A stretch of 64,000 bases of DNA. Origin: Felis catus. Lineage: Eukaryota. How positions within the stretch are numbered: position 1 is the first letter of the stretch; each line of letters opens with the position of its first letter. Location of the stretch: the NCBI RefSeq assembly GCF_018350175.1, contig NC_058368.1:41542001-41606000 (forward strand), read 5' to 3'. The translations under genes and the position numbers were made by a program. Of the stretch, positions 13,343 to 26,961 are shown piece by piece. The notes below the pieces were generated by a model. The model had not been told where the DNA came from and did not search any database. It was given only the letters and a program-made list of their open reading frames with translations.

Positions 13343-13563
13343 GGGGCGCCTGGGTGGCGCAGTCGGTTAAGCGTCCGACTTCAGCCAGGTCACGATCTCG
13401 CCGTCCGTGAGTTCGAGCCCCGCATCGGGCTCTGGGCTGATGGCTCGGAGCCTGGAGCCTGTTTCCGATTCTGTGTCTCCCTCTCTCTCTGCCCCTTGCC
13501 TGTTCATGCTCTGTCTCTCTCTGTCCCAAAAATAAATAAACGTTGAAAAAAAAATAAAAAAAT
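13343..13563 (+). mobile_element. Young felid CanSINE (SINEC_Fc-type)
   Basis: CpG-rich ggggcgcctgggtggcgcagtcggttaagcgtccgacttcagccaggtcacg. Perfect TSD aaaattatattga at 13330-13342 and 13564-13576. Confidence 0.97.
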
Positions 13564-14089
13564 AAAATTATATTGAGATAAAATGGAATGTTAACTTGTT
13601 ATTCAGAATGTGACATGCCTGGTCTCATTTTAATTCTATGTCTAATTATTTTCAAGTGTTTTTAGACTGTTAAAATGGAATATGTCCATTCTGGCATGAA
13701 TCCTGGTACACCTATGGTATGCCAAGCAGCAGTGTGTTGGTCAAGATGTACTCCTACTTGCGGCCCTGTCACATCATATTTTTTCCAAAATTTTTAGTGA
13801 AAACAAATAAGGAGGAAAATAATATTTTCTTGAAATCAGTTATCTTGAATATTACATAATATTCTCATGATTTATTCAAATATCCTAGCTGATTTGATAT
13901 GATTTTTTGGACTCTTTTTTGTTCTATTTATTGCCATTGAAATTTATTCATTTTCCTAATCTGATATTTTTATGGATTAAACACTGTTTATTGATTTTCA
14001 AAACAGAATCCAAAATTCAGCAGTCTTTATCAATTAGCTCAGTTTGCTCCGATTCCAGCTAAAGGGAATGAAAGTAGGTATTCTACAGG

Positions 14090-14542
14090 AGTTGTGGAAA
14101 TGCATGAGGCAGAGTTTCTGCAGTACATTTCCTAATTCCCTACCCCTTTAGGATGTTAGGACATATTCCTCTAGCTCGTGGGAATGTTGCTGGCAGACAT
14201 CTCTCAACCAACAGTTCTCTTGAGAACAGCTTTTTCTGAATTGTATCACTCTCAAAGTCATGGGTATCTTCACAGGATAGCCTGCAGTCCATGAATGATT
14301 CGTGTGCAGAGATAGCCATCCACCAACTTTGCTCCTATTCAGAACAACTATAAAGGTTTTTCGGCACTCCCCATGGATGAACTGAGGTCACTGAGACTGC
14401 ATCACAGCTCACCTCCAGCCTCCTTCCATTCCTGCTTTCTTCCTTTCCATTCTTCCAGTGTTGATCTCTAGATTGCATTCTAAAATTCCTCCCACTTGCT
14501 AATTTCCTTCTCAGAATCTATTTCTGGGGAAACACTGAGATG
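14090..14542 (+). mobile_element. LTR16-like ERVL solo LTR
   Basis: gagactgcatcacagctcacctcc..cctgctttctt..gtgttgatct..ctcagaatctatttctggggaaac matches the recalled LTR16A/C 3' half. Confidence 0.65.
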
Positions 14543-15386
14543 AGCTCTACCCAGCAAACTAAGAGAGGATCAATTGGCTTCAATCTTATCTGTTAAAAAA
14601 AAAAAGGATTTACTTTATGACTGAATGTCTTGATGAGGAAACAAGCACTATTCTCTGCCAAAAATTGAACATAATCAAATACTTACATAAGCATGTGAAA
14701 AAAGTTGGTTTCTCTCTCCACTTACAGATTTTACTTAATCAAACAATGCAAGAAGGATTTACTTAGCAGATTTACTTTTGCCTAAAATGACAGTATAGGA
14801 GAAAAGTGACAACCAGTCAAGAGAACAATAGCCTTAGAAGATTAGTTGAATTAGGAATTCTGTAATAAGATCATTGAAGATCCACAGAATGATCCCTTTT
14901 TAAACTGGGCAAAACAATCACATAGCCCATGCTGCTTTCTTCTCCTCTTAAAAATATGAACTTCATTCTTATGTGTCTCTTGTATATTTAGTTAATTAAA
15001 AGGAGAAGAAAGTTTAAAGCTGAAGCAGAATCATAGTCCACCAAAATTTGGAAAGGAAGCGACTTTTAAGTTATCTAATTTAGATCTCCTATTTTAAAGA
15101 TGAAGGACTTGATAACCTGTAAGTTTTAGGGAAGGTACTAGAAGTCCTTTTCTTTTTCCTTTTTTTTTTTTTGACATTGTGCTACCTTTTCACCAAATTT
15201 TTTGTACACCAAATATTCATATTATACAAACTGCTCTCAATTATTATATCCTGAGTTTGGTGGGGGTAGATACAAATAAGTAAACGATTATGTAGCAGTT
15301 TGATGCATTCTGTAAGAAGAGTCAGTTCAAGTATGTTTTTACAGTCATAACCAAAATCTAGAATAAAAAATTATACATGTGCCTGC

Positions 15387-15433
15387 ATGTATGTGTGTGT
15401 GTGTGTGTGCGTGTGTGTCTGTGTGTCTGTGTG
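15387..15433. repeat. Imperfect (TG)n microsatellite
   Basis: Read directly from the sequence. Confidence 0.9.
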
Positions 15434-16079
15434 TTGTATTTCAGCTTTAAATACTAATCCTTTCACTATTTCACATTTGGGTTTTTGCCTTGACTGCATG
15501 GAATACCCACTACCGTTTAAAATTCTTGAATTGTGTAACTGATAATAAAATGCTCTATCATAGGTAAATATATGCAAATATCTAATAACATATTTAACTG
15601 CATATTTTAAGGTGTTAGGTGTGGTGTTATCAATGAGAATACAAACATTATTATTAATATTTTTTAAACATTAATAATAGCAAATCATTTTATAATTGCA
15701 ACAAGACCTAGCAAGCCATGAAGTAAAGTTGATTAATGCCTTTCTGATGCAGACTGGAAGCACCAAAGAAGTAAATTAATCAGAACTGCTGCATTGTTTG
15801 TCATGTTCTATTGCTTAAGTATTCCACATATTACTCAAGCCACTAAATTTTAAGTGGATCTAAATAACATATTGCATTAAATTAATTTACTCCCTAAGGA
15901 TTCAATTGTGTAGATATTAATTTTATATCTTAGAATTAAAAATATATTTGCCTCAGAGTTGTATAACCACTTCCAACCCAAGTCATATTTACATCGCCTT
16001 GATGTTGGCCTATTACAAATCACGTAACCCACTCCTATTCAGAATATATGCCTACTCCCTGAGGAGATTGTATACAACA

Positions 16080-16330
16080 TTTAAGCCTCAGAGAGGGAAA
16101 CACAGTTCATCTTCCAAATGACTAGTGAAGTCGTTTTGTAATGTGTCGGCCTGCTCTGCAGACTTTCAACTCCAACATTAGATGTGAAGACAATTTTACA
16201 GAGACTGCTTAGCCAAAGGGCACAATTCCTGAGGTCAAATCTCTTAATATGGCCTGTTTCTGTTTGTGGGTGTGTGTTTATACACACACATATGCTGTCT
16301 GCTTCTCTGACTGAACCATCACTGATGTAC
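16080..16330 (+). mobile_element. MLT2-like ERVL LTR 3' fragment
   Basis: ggcctgctctgcagacttt..caattcctgagg.caaatctctt..tacacacaca..tctgcttctctga resembles the MLT2 3' end. Confidence 0.5.
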
Positions 16331-18613
16331 CCATCCTAAGCAAGTCAAACAAGAGGAACTTTGACTCTAAGAAAAGAAAAAAAAAAAAGAAAAAGATTAT
16401 AAAAACAATAAACCCCCTCCACTCTTCTGTCTTCCTGAAACTACTCAAAGAATTGTCCTGATAAACCATCCTAAACTCTACTGATAATCCTGAAGTGTGA
16501 TCATTATCAGGCAAAACTTAATAAATATTTGCTTTTCTAAAGCAAGAATCTTCAAACATTATTTCATTGCATTATTTTATTTTATTGCAAACCGCTATCA
16601 GTAAATGTGAGGGTATATGAAGTATATGTGTATTTACTTACTTTATGAATCACTCACATGTAATTATGCTAATATATATACCAATATTGTAAAGTTTTTT
16701 GTTTTTTCATTTTTAGATACAAGTGAATAGAAATAGGAATTCCAGAATTTTCTCTGTATATCAGCTTTCATCTTGAGCACCCACTAGCACTGGGGCAAAT
16801 TTAGGATGAGGTGAATTATTATTGTACAGAGTGTCATGTAAATTAGTACCCCCCGTTCTCCACTAAATCTCAGTAGTTCTCTTTACCTAGTCACTGAGAC
16901 AACCAAAAACATTCCCAAAGCCTATGTGCTTCCTGGGTTAGCAATATTTCATCTGGTTGAGATGCCAACACTGATCTAGACAGTTCATAGAACAGGCTAG
17001 GCCCTGGCAATCTGACCACACTTGGCTTGTAATTATTTTCCCAGCTGTACAAATAGTGAGTTGATGGGATCATTCCAGTTAATAAGATTTACATTTTCCT
17101 TCATTTACAGAGTTCTCCAAAAACCAGACATTTTGCTGCATTTACTAATGTAATCTATAAATTCAAAAAAGAGTTGAAGAGGGATTTGTAAGAAAGGAAT
17201 ACAAAATGCTGATACTTGACATTGCAAAATATAAATAAAATTTCCCATAAAACAGAGATAATCTTCATTTTCCAATCCATTGTTGAAAGATTATGTGGAG
17301 AAAACAACTTCATTTCCAGTATTATAGGTAAGCTAATTATTTTCAAAAGTTAGCCTTTGCCTAAGGGTGTTTTGGTAAAATTCCAATGCAATGGCTTTTG
17401 TAACAGTTCACATTCAGATCGCAAAGCTTAGAATGGTACAATTCTGGGTTAAGAACATACAAAAAATTACAACTGTTTATAAAATTATCTTTGTAAAATT
17501 AACTGTCAGTTTCTTGTTTAATATAAACAAAATCCAAATAACAATTACAATCGCTTCTTCATGTAGATAGGAAAAATGTACATAATTATCCTGCATAAAT
17601 CATCAACTTTAAAAACCACTCTATTTGCAGGCTTAAAAGGCGATTATATTTTATAGTTTCCTATGATGTAATTCACTTAAACTACTCTTATATATATTTC
17701 TGGTTGCAAATGAGATTTTACTAGTTTATTGGGGAGAAGAGACGGTGACAAGATTTCTAAACTTGTGGCTAAGAGTCATTTCCAAGATATATTTCTACTG
17801 TCAGGGTTTATCACCAATTTCCATAATTGATGTTGCATCTATAATACCACAACTTTTTTTATACAGTATAGATAATTAACTAGTCCTCACTTCCAGCTGA
17901 TTATTTCTATCCTCCAAGGAGCCTCATGGGATAATGGACAAAATGTCAAAAATAATTAGGAATAATGATGGTGGCAACTCAGCTATCAGACAATGTGCAC
18001 CTCAGACTGATTCTTTTATGCCTTGCCTTTGAGGAAATTTAGATGATTTAAAAGTCTCTCCCAGGCTTTAATTTTCCTTGGTACAAAAGTACTAAGATTC
18101 TGAAAAATAAAAACAGAGTGCCTTTATGTTCACATGTACATGTGCACAAAGCCTAGGTTTATACATTTATTTTCATACTTAAGGTAGTAAGATCAACTGA
18201 GCCCTAAGCACCCCACAGCTTGTAAAGATACTGTGTATCTATATATGTAATCATTTGGTAACTTTCACATGATATTTGGAAAGCTAATGGAAATATTTAC
18301 CGTGCTGTATGAAGTCAGCAGAAATAATGCTTTCTTTTACTTTGTCTGGGACTTGATACATTTATCTTCGATGATACCAATACACATATCTTTACTTCTT
18401 AGGTGACCTACTATGTGCTCATTCAATACATTCTCCAACAGTGGTTCCTCAGGGTTATTTAGCTGAGGAGTAGAAGGCAATATGTATTCTCATCGTATCA
18501 CATACAGTGTAATTCACAAAGTGTCACTTTTGTCAAATTACATGGAAATTATTTATACTAATCATGTCATACATTGCTGACCATCAATAAACTGGTAACT
18601 TCATTTCACCTAC

Positions 18614-18823
18614 TTTTTTAAAGTTTATTTACTTATTTTGAGAAAGAGAGAGAGGGAGAGAGAGAGTGAGCATGAACGGGGGAGGGGCAGAGAGAGAGAA
18701 TCCCAAAAAGGCTCTGCACTGTCAACACAGAGCGGGACCAGGACTTGATCTCAGGAACCATGAGATCACGACCTAAGCCAAAATCAAGTCAACACTTAAA
18801 CGACTGAGCCACCCAGGCACCTC
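18614..18823 (-). mobile_element. CanSINE
   Basis: gtttatttacttattttgaga..cgactgagccacccaggcacctc. Degenerate TSD tggt...ttcatttca. Confidence 0.95.
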
Positions 18824-21245
18824 TGGTGTTTTCATTTCAAAATGCAAAATATTCTAAAAATACAAACATATTTCATAATATAACATATATCAGGTCTCAT
18901 ATCATCTGGCATTTTCACACTTTTATCTGTACTTCCTTACAGTTTTGAAAGTATTTATTTTGTTATATTACTAATACAGTATCCTCTTTTTTCCACTCAC
19001 TGGCTCTGTGAGATAATGCAAAGATTTATGTCTAATATTATAGATGAAAGCCGTCAGTCTCAGGGGATAAGTGATTTATCCAAGGTCACACAATTGATAA
19101 ATACATGTCATTAGAAATAGAAGCAGTCTTTCCTGAATTCGGATTATATTAACCAAACCCATCTCCAGCTCCTCTGACATCACATTATTTGTACAAGAAA
19201 GTCAGATTGATAAAAATTTCAAATTGTACTAGTTCAAATTGTAAAAAGGAGCTCTTGAAATATAAATATTTAATTTCACAAAATAAATATCTAAATTTTA
19301 CTTAGTGCATTGAAACTTGAAGCTGACAATCCCAGTCTTAGAGGGATCTAGTTATATAGTACAAAGAATGCTGAAGCTCTGAGAAAGCATATTTCTTTCT
19401 TGGACGTAACCTTTCACTCCCAAAGTCCTGTGTGTATCATCTCACCTGTCAACCAAAGTCAAGTCAAGTTGAACTTATGAAGTCAATATTCACTTTCACA
19501 TCCAGAAAAGAGCAAGAAATGCAACAGGAAAATATGTAATAACCCTTTGTGGGTCTCTTGAATTCTTCAAAGATTTGTTATAGAAAAAGAAAACAAAACA
19601 AAAAAAAAAATCTTACATAAGGGAGTGCTGCACAGCGATGCTCACTCCTGGGACCATGCTCTTGAAAATCGCACAAAAGTCTAATGTCCCTGAAGATAAA
19701 GTAATTCTTTGGCACCATCTAAATCCATGCTAACCAAGTAAAGAGAAATGTGAGTCTGGGAAGAAGAGAAACGAATGCTGCGTTTAATGAGGAACTCTTT
19801 ATTCTTCCCAATCGGGCCATTTCATGCCTTATAAAAGGAAGGCTGGTATTGGATTATGTCTAATGCTACAAAACAGTTTGAAGAGATAAGTAAAATCCTT
19901 AGGGACTCAGAAGTATTCACAGGAGTAGGAGACTAATAAAGATTCCTTCCCCTCTGGATGCCTGGAAAAAAAGTCACATCACCATACATGCCACACGTTA
20001 CCACCCAAATTGCATATACTTATGATTTGATAGTTGGGAATCTTTGGGGATGGGATTTTTACTTCTGCTGAGTAGGAAGGCTTTCTTGAGGTTGCTAATT
20101 TAAGCCATAAATAAAGCTGAAAATTATTCCAGCGATGTGACAGTTGCCCCCAGTTACCTGTAATGAATGTTTCTACTGGTAAATGATTCTAAATTACAAA
20201 AGCTCAAAATGCTTTGCAGACCCGTAAGATAATATTTTAAGGTATTTTTATATATTTTAAATAATTCCTTGACTGATTAATATTTATGATTTTATATAGA
20301 AACTAACTTTATGCTGCCATCGGAAAGTTAATAATTTACAAAGGCTGCTTTGTAGTCTAATGGCAGCACTTGACTTTTGCTACTGCTTGAGGGCCTGCAA
20401 CTTTGATGTTTCTGTCTTAAATTAAGAGAAAAGAAAGAGTCAGGTATCAGCTCTTCTTCAGTTACTTTTTCTGAGGGGTTCTTTTAACCGAGTTCCATGA
20501 AGCCATAAATGTCTTTTAACAACAATATTGATTGCAAAATAAAGCCTCTTTCCATTATCTTCTTAGAAGAATCACAGAGAAAGGTGTTTTAAAAGTTTGA
20601 GTAACATTACTTCTCTCCAGAATGTAAGTGTACTTAGTGTGAACTCTCTGGAGCACGTAAAAGGAAAGTTTCCGGAGGGGTTTGCTCTATAAGCAACCCT
20701 TTTCTTCTTTCCCAATTCAAAATAAATCAAGAAAAGCCACAGCATTAATTTCCTCTGACGGTGAATGTAGGAGTGTTTTAATTTAGAGAAACTCTCTGGA
20801 CTTCTCGATTTGACTTACTAGTTTGAGAACAACTACGTACAGCGAACAGTATTGCCTGCTATCTTGGGACCTAGGAATTGACAGGTAAAGGTTCTTGAGG
20901 TAACCAGCAGTGCCAATTAGCCAGTCCCGGTGTCCAGGGAAGCTGGTAGATCGCAGCTCACCAAGTTGAACCATTGCATACTGAGTGCGTTTAGCAAAAA
21001 CTCGGAGGACCTCCTTATCCAGTGGACACGATCTTTTGTTGTTCATCCTCACTGTGGTGGGTTACTCCCAAATTCCAAGCATACTATTTGAATTCAGCAA
21101 CCCTGCCATTTTATATTATAATAAAGCATGTAGCAAAAGCTAAACATAAACCTTGAAATGTACTTATTTTAATGGTCTGTCAAATAATGTGAAAATTTCG
21201 TTCCATCCAAATAATGAAAAGTTGTTTATTGAAATATGAAACACT

Positions 21246-21323
21246 GACACATGGGAAACATGTATTGCTTGATTCCCAAGCAAAGACACATGGGAAACAT
21301 GTATTGCTTGATTCCCAAGCAAA
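21246..21323. repeat. Perfect 39-bp tandem duplication
   Basis: gacacatgggaaacatgtattgcttgattcccaagcaaa twice, at 21246-21284 and 21285-21323. Confidence 0.97.
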
Positions 21324-22162
21324 TGTAAACTAGAGCTAATTTAAATGTTTTGAACTCATTAACTGAGGGTTTCTATTTTGCAGACTACTTTAGGGTTCAG
21401 CCACATTAAAAAAAGAGAAAACTTGTCAATAGCAATAATTTCTGATAGCAGAAGGAACAAAAATCTGAATCTATGCTCCAAAATTAAATAGTAAGCAGGT
21501 TTATGTAGTTGGTAAAAAGTTGAAAGACCACATTAACTTTTAATTAGTCAAACAATTAGTTTTTAATATTTTTGTTGATGCATGGTGAGAATTCCAGAAA
21601 TAAAAAAGATGATATCTTTTCCCTGACTCAATGACTTATCCATCAATAATATATAGGAAATAAGTAGTAAAAATTGATTGAGAGAATGCTTTTTTAATTT
21701 CTCTCACAATTAAATCACAATAGATATAAAAATGATTCAAAGCAACTTAAGTGACTGTTTCTACCTTACTAAGTGAACACTTTGCTGAGAAATTTATGAA
21801 GTACTTTAATATCTGATGGGGTTCCGAATATTTGATTAATTCCAGAATATTTTTGAACATTTCAATATGTTGTTTTTCTAATTGGTCCCTTTCAAACAGA
21901 ATTTAACATTAGCTCCTAGTTACCATTTTTAAGCATTTCTCAGCAGCTGAAATGAGCCATATCTTAAGATAACTCACATATTTTGTGCTTCTAGAGAAGA
22001 CATTGGGACTTCTGTTAATTTCTCCTTAGCTTTTTTATTTTATTTTACAAATTAGATTCCTCCTCTTTGCAAAACCATTTCACACAAATCTTTTCAAACC
22101 CTGCATATATGTTACTAATATCTATCCAATTACTTTTTCTTTCTTCTTACAGTTTTGCATTG

Positions 22163-22212
22163 TCTATCTATCTATGTATCTATCTATCTATCTATCTATC
22201 ATCTTCTATCTA
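22163..22212. repeat. (TCTA)n microsatellite
   Basis: Read directly from the sequence. Confidence 0.9.
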
Positions 22213-22696
22213 CAGTAATCCTCCATTACGGGAAGCATAGGGACATGTTCTAAAACCCTTGGTGGATGCTATAAACCACTGATAGTACCAAACCTTGTAT
22301 ATTCTGGTTTTTCCCCATATGTACACATCTATGATAAAGTTTAATTTATAAATTAGGCATAATAAAGGTTAACAACAAAAACTAACAATAAAATATAACA
22401 GTTGCAACTATATACTGCAATAATGTATTCTCTCTTTCTCTCAAAATATCTTATTGTATTCACCCTTCTTGTGATGATGTGACACGATAAAATGCCTACA
22501 TGTTGAGATGAAGTGAGGTGAATGATGTAGGCACTGTGATGTAGCATTAGGCCACTGTTGACCTTCTGATGATTCAGAAGGAGGATTATCTATTTCCTTA
22601 CTGCAGGACAACTATTTCCTTACCAGGGGCAATGGAACCAATAAAAGTGAAACCAACACATAAGGAGAGATGGGGCGGGGGGGAGGAGGGCTACTG
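22213..22696 (+). mobile_element. MER44-type (Tigger7, TcMar) non-autonomous DNA transposon
   Basis: TA|cagtaatcctcc...ggagggctactg|TA termini with TA TSD. Internal atgataaagtttaatttataaattaggca and gatgaagtgaggtgaatgatgtaggca match recalled MER44B. Confidence 0.85.
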
Positions 22697-22785
22697 TATA
22701 TGCTTGTAGGTTTCATCTACTTGTATTTATTTCATCTTACTGAAACTTCATAATAACATGAGAGCTTCTAAAAGAGCTTGCTTCA

Positions 22786-22944
22786 GGGTTGCCTGCATGG
22801 CTCAGTTGGTTAAGCTTCCAACTTAAGTCATGATCTCATGGTTCATGACTTGGAGCTCCTCATCGGGCTCTGTGCTAACAGCTTGAGGCCCGGAGCCTGC
22901 TGGGCTTCTGTGTTTCCCTCTCTCTCTGTCCCTCCCCCACTCTT

Positions 22945-22984
<40 letters not shown>

Positions 22985-23007
22985 ATAAATAAACATTTAA
23001 AAAAATG
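22786..23007 (+). mobile_element. CanSINE
   Basis: TSD taaaagag(c/a)tt(g/a)cttca at 22769-22785 and 23008-23024. (CT)n tract and aataaa tail. Confidence 0.95.
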
Positions 23008-25266
23008 TAAAAGAGATTACTTCATTTCTTGACACTTGCTCATCGACTTGTGCTACAGTTAAATCAGTAATAAGCCAGTGATGCATCTCTGGATCTTTAA
23101 TACATAATGGAGGTGTTATCATTACCCACCCCTTTATTAGCATTAGTTAGTTAATTAGTTAGTTAGTAATAAGAAGAATATCATTGAGAAACCTACCAGC
23201 AGTATAAATAAGTCAAAATAGATAGAGAAAAGATACCGGGGAAGGTAAGTGTCTTATTAATTAGTCTTCCCTAGAATCATATTCAGTCTGGATTTTCCAG
23301 GAAATTAAATTGGTCGAAGATTTGTTAATCATGTAAGGTTGTTATTCTTACCATTGACATAATGAGAAAATACTTTCAAACACTACATTTTAACAAATAT
23401 TTATTTTGTTGTACTTTCTTATTGCCATGCAAATAAAAATAAAATTATTAAATTGTACAAACTGCACAAAATTTCTTTCTCATGTCCACAAATAATCCTG
23501 TGCTTTCATTTTGTCTGGCTTGGCATTTAAGAAGCATAGATTATACATCTAGAAAAGAGCAAAACAATTTGTACTTAGGTTGTGTTTTCATAAGCAATTT
23601 TAGAGAATTACACCATTCAAGCAGAGCTGGTTGGAAGTTACAGTACACAGATTGTGTAATAGTGTAATGCTTGTGCAGAGTACTACTGGAATTTTATTTT
23701 TAGTATTAGCTCCTATTCTAATTACATGTGTGAACTCGAGCTCATCACGTTGTCACTTAGTCTCACTTTCCTTACCTATAAATTGAGAAATTTGACCTGA
23801 ATTATGTCAATTTTTTTTATCTAGTACCTTATGTTTATCTCGGTTTTCACCTCCTAGATCATAGTCTTGAAATTCCTGAACGTTTCATTCTACTTGAAAG
23901 TGCCTACAAATTTACAATATGCCAAGAAATTTAACAAATCTACTTTAAAAATATATACATTGTTAAAAGACATTGTCTTTGGACAGAGTTTCCAATTAAA
24001 AGTATATATAAAAAGTTAGAAAATTAGGTAAATGCCCATTTAAATTGGTTCATTTAAAAGACAGAATGAAGGCAATACTCCCCTGATAGAAAATGGCTTT
24101 GAGGACTAAACATGAACCAACTTTTAAGTGGGTGAAATCGGAAAGTAATTTTTAAACAGGGGTAATCTATACATTTGGTGTTCTGTTGTGAGAAGTAAAT
24201 GCTTATTCTAATGCATTTAAGCAAGCACTATTAATGATTAATGACATTTTTGATTCTGTAACTAGACCTACAAATTCTTGAATAATTAATGAGGTACTCA
24301 ATACTGCATAGGATATCCATCTGCTAAGAATTTGTGTGTGGGTGTTCAAGCTATTAATATTGAAAGCCTTACAAAAAAACGTGAGGGAGAGATTTGGGAT
24401 GAAAGTAATAATGTCTGTTAAAATATACAGGTTTTTTTATTTCTTATTTTTAATATTAAATGCTTATAAACTGTTCATTAAAAAGGTAACTATGATCTAA
24501 TAGCAAAAATGACATTGATCAATTTTTTTCTCAATTATGTCATCTCATAATAATAATAATGAATAGCTTTGAGAAATTACTAAATTGTAGATATTGTGCT
24601 GAGTTTTAGGAATAGAATGAAGTAGAAGGTATGTCAGATGGAAAAACAGTCATAATTCTTCATACTGCTTAGTCTGTTAGGTTGAGGGAAAATTATTTTA
24701 ATGGGCCATCTTTTAAGGCATATTTGTGCATTCAATGGAGACACAGTTTTTGAGACATAAGATGAGAAAATAAGTGTTAGTCTGGAAGTCATTACCATGT
24801 CATCCTAAATTCTAAAAGATAATCTCATTCTTCATATTTCATATCATATTCTTATTTTCAGGTGGAGTCCTTAAAAAAAAGGAAACTTATAATCCTATGA
24901 TGATCTCAGAATTATAGACTTAGAATTGAATGAGATCTTTAAGAATGTTTAGCTCAATGTCCTTATTTTGAAAATAAAGAAACTGAAGCTCAGACATGTT
25001 AAAATGCTCCAGAATTCCCTCTACATCTGTTATGTTCCATTCTGTCTGTCTTAAATTAAGCCTTCATTTTGAAATAACTCATGATAGAGCAGTTCTGTGG
25101 CCTAAGGTAGATACTTGGAGAGCCTAGAAATGTAACACTTCCCTTCACTTTGGAAATATGTCACAGCTCCATACATGGTAGAGAGGTGGAGGATATGGAA
25201 ATATGTACATTACCACTGAGTTCAGCTATAAATTATTCTCATTTCATTATCAGGTAAAAACTGGTA

Positions 25267-25400
25267 GATGAATCACAGGAACCTACCCCCAAAACCACAA
25301 ACACGCTGTATATACACTGTATGTTAGCTAACTTGAAATAAATTATATATATGTATATATGTATATATACATATACGTAGATATATGAAATAAAATAAAA
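25267..25400 (+). mobile_element. Very short 5'-truncated feliform L1 3' end with a (TA)-rich tail
   Basis: gatgaatcacagg..tacactgtatgttagctaacttgaaataaatt. Flanks aaactggtaga / aaactgataga. Confidence 0.7.
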
Positions 25401-25980
25401 TAAACTGATAGAAAAGTTATATAATACACAGACTAGTGACAAAAATATTTTAAGAACTAGTAATACAATCATTTGCAATTTTGACAGTATTACCAATATA
25501 GTCCCACTAGTTTTAGTGTATATGAAATTAGTGTCATAAAGACTACCCTTTTCACTCAGTTAATAATATGATATATCAATACGTTCATGCATAACAGATA
25601 GATACACATACACTGTGTAGTCATAATAGTGTAAATATTTCATTCCGCTAGAAATCAGAGACCTGTGAAGTTAAGTAGTAGGACATTTACAGTGTTCTAA
25701 TTTTTAAATAAATTTATGACAGCTCAAATATTTCAGGCGTATCAATGAAAATAGAATTCTGAGTATCTTATCAATTTTAACTCTAAAATTATTTTTGAAT
25801 AGGAATTATGGGTGACTCACTAAGGATACAATGGTAAACAAGACAAACATGAACTCTGGTCTCTAAATATAAAGAGGATAAAATAATTACAGTATAATAA
25901 AATACACTTTGACGTGGAAAAATGTGTCAGAGTAGAAAATAATTAGAGCACAAATTAAATTAATTTATACGAAATCGTGT

Positions 25981-26250
25981 TTTTAAATCATTTTACTGGG
26001 CTGTAACTTACATATTCACCCATTTTTAATGTACAATTTGATGAGTTTTGACAAATACACAGATCCATGTACCTGACATCCCAAGCATTGTATTTCTATC
26101 ACCCAAAAAGTTTCCTCATGCCCTTTCACAAACAACTTTCCACCAAACTTTCCCCTAGGTAACCATGGTTCTGATTTAAATCACTACTGATTCATTTTGC
26201 TTGTTATAAAACTTCATATAATAGAATCATACTTATATCCTTTGGTTGTC
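25981..26250 (-). mobile_element. Old L1M 3'-end fragment
   Basis: gtacaatttgatgagttttgacaaat..tatcacccaaaaagtttcctcatgccc..aacttcatataatagaatcatac. Confidence 0.75.
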
Positions 26251-26961
26251 ATACCAAATCTCAGAGTTTAAACTCTTGGACTAAAATCTGTAAGAAGCAG
26301 GATAGAGGTAAAATATCAAGTCAGGTCTTAAGTCAACAGATGCTCTAATAAACAATACCATTAAATTCGGCAGTGGGTCTTGGGATATTATTCATCACCC
26401 TATGCCAGCATTTTGTTACTTTCTTATACTTCATTCTATATTGCATTTTATTCTACATTTATGAATTTTACATACAGAATATACTCAGTGTTAAGAAAGT
26501 TTACTTTATTGTATCACTTTCTATGTTTCTTTTATTAATCAGAAACATCTATGTATTTACTAAAATGTTCTGTATCTTAAGAATTTTGTAGATTGTATAA
26601 AAAACTAGATTTCTCTTCTCATGCCCACTGATAAATGACAAAACTCTAAACCATGCTTGGCAAAGATATAGGATTTATGGTACCTATTTTTATAATAGCC
26701 TCATTTCTAGCTCCATTTTATGTTGTTATGTCTTTATCTCTTTGTTGAATTTCTTCAGCTATTTTCTTCAAGTTATCTGGTTCTATACAATGTATTTCAA
26801 CGTGCGCTGAGTTCAATTAATTCAATCAATTAAGCTGAAGATTTAAATTACTTTTCAAATTCATGTAAACTTTTGATCATTTAAGAATTCGTTCAGAGAA
26901 CTACCCAAATTATGGTCTTTACCTTGAATTTCCTCTTGTTTTTAAGAATTAATTGTCATTT

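Noticed and set aside
13343..13420. tRNA-like A and B boxes as tRNA genes
   Set aside because: They are SINE heads followed by CT-rich bodies and A tails.
13305..13529. Recurrent ORFs of the type [27 protein letters not shown] (also 39564-39776 and 42345 onward)
   Set aside because: These are antisense translations of CanSINEs, not a protein family.
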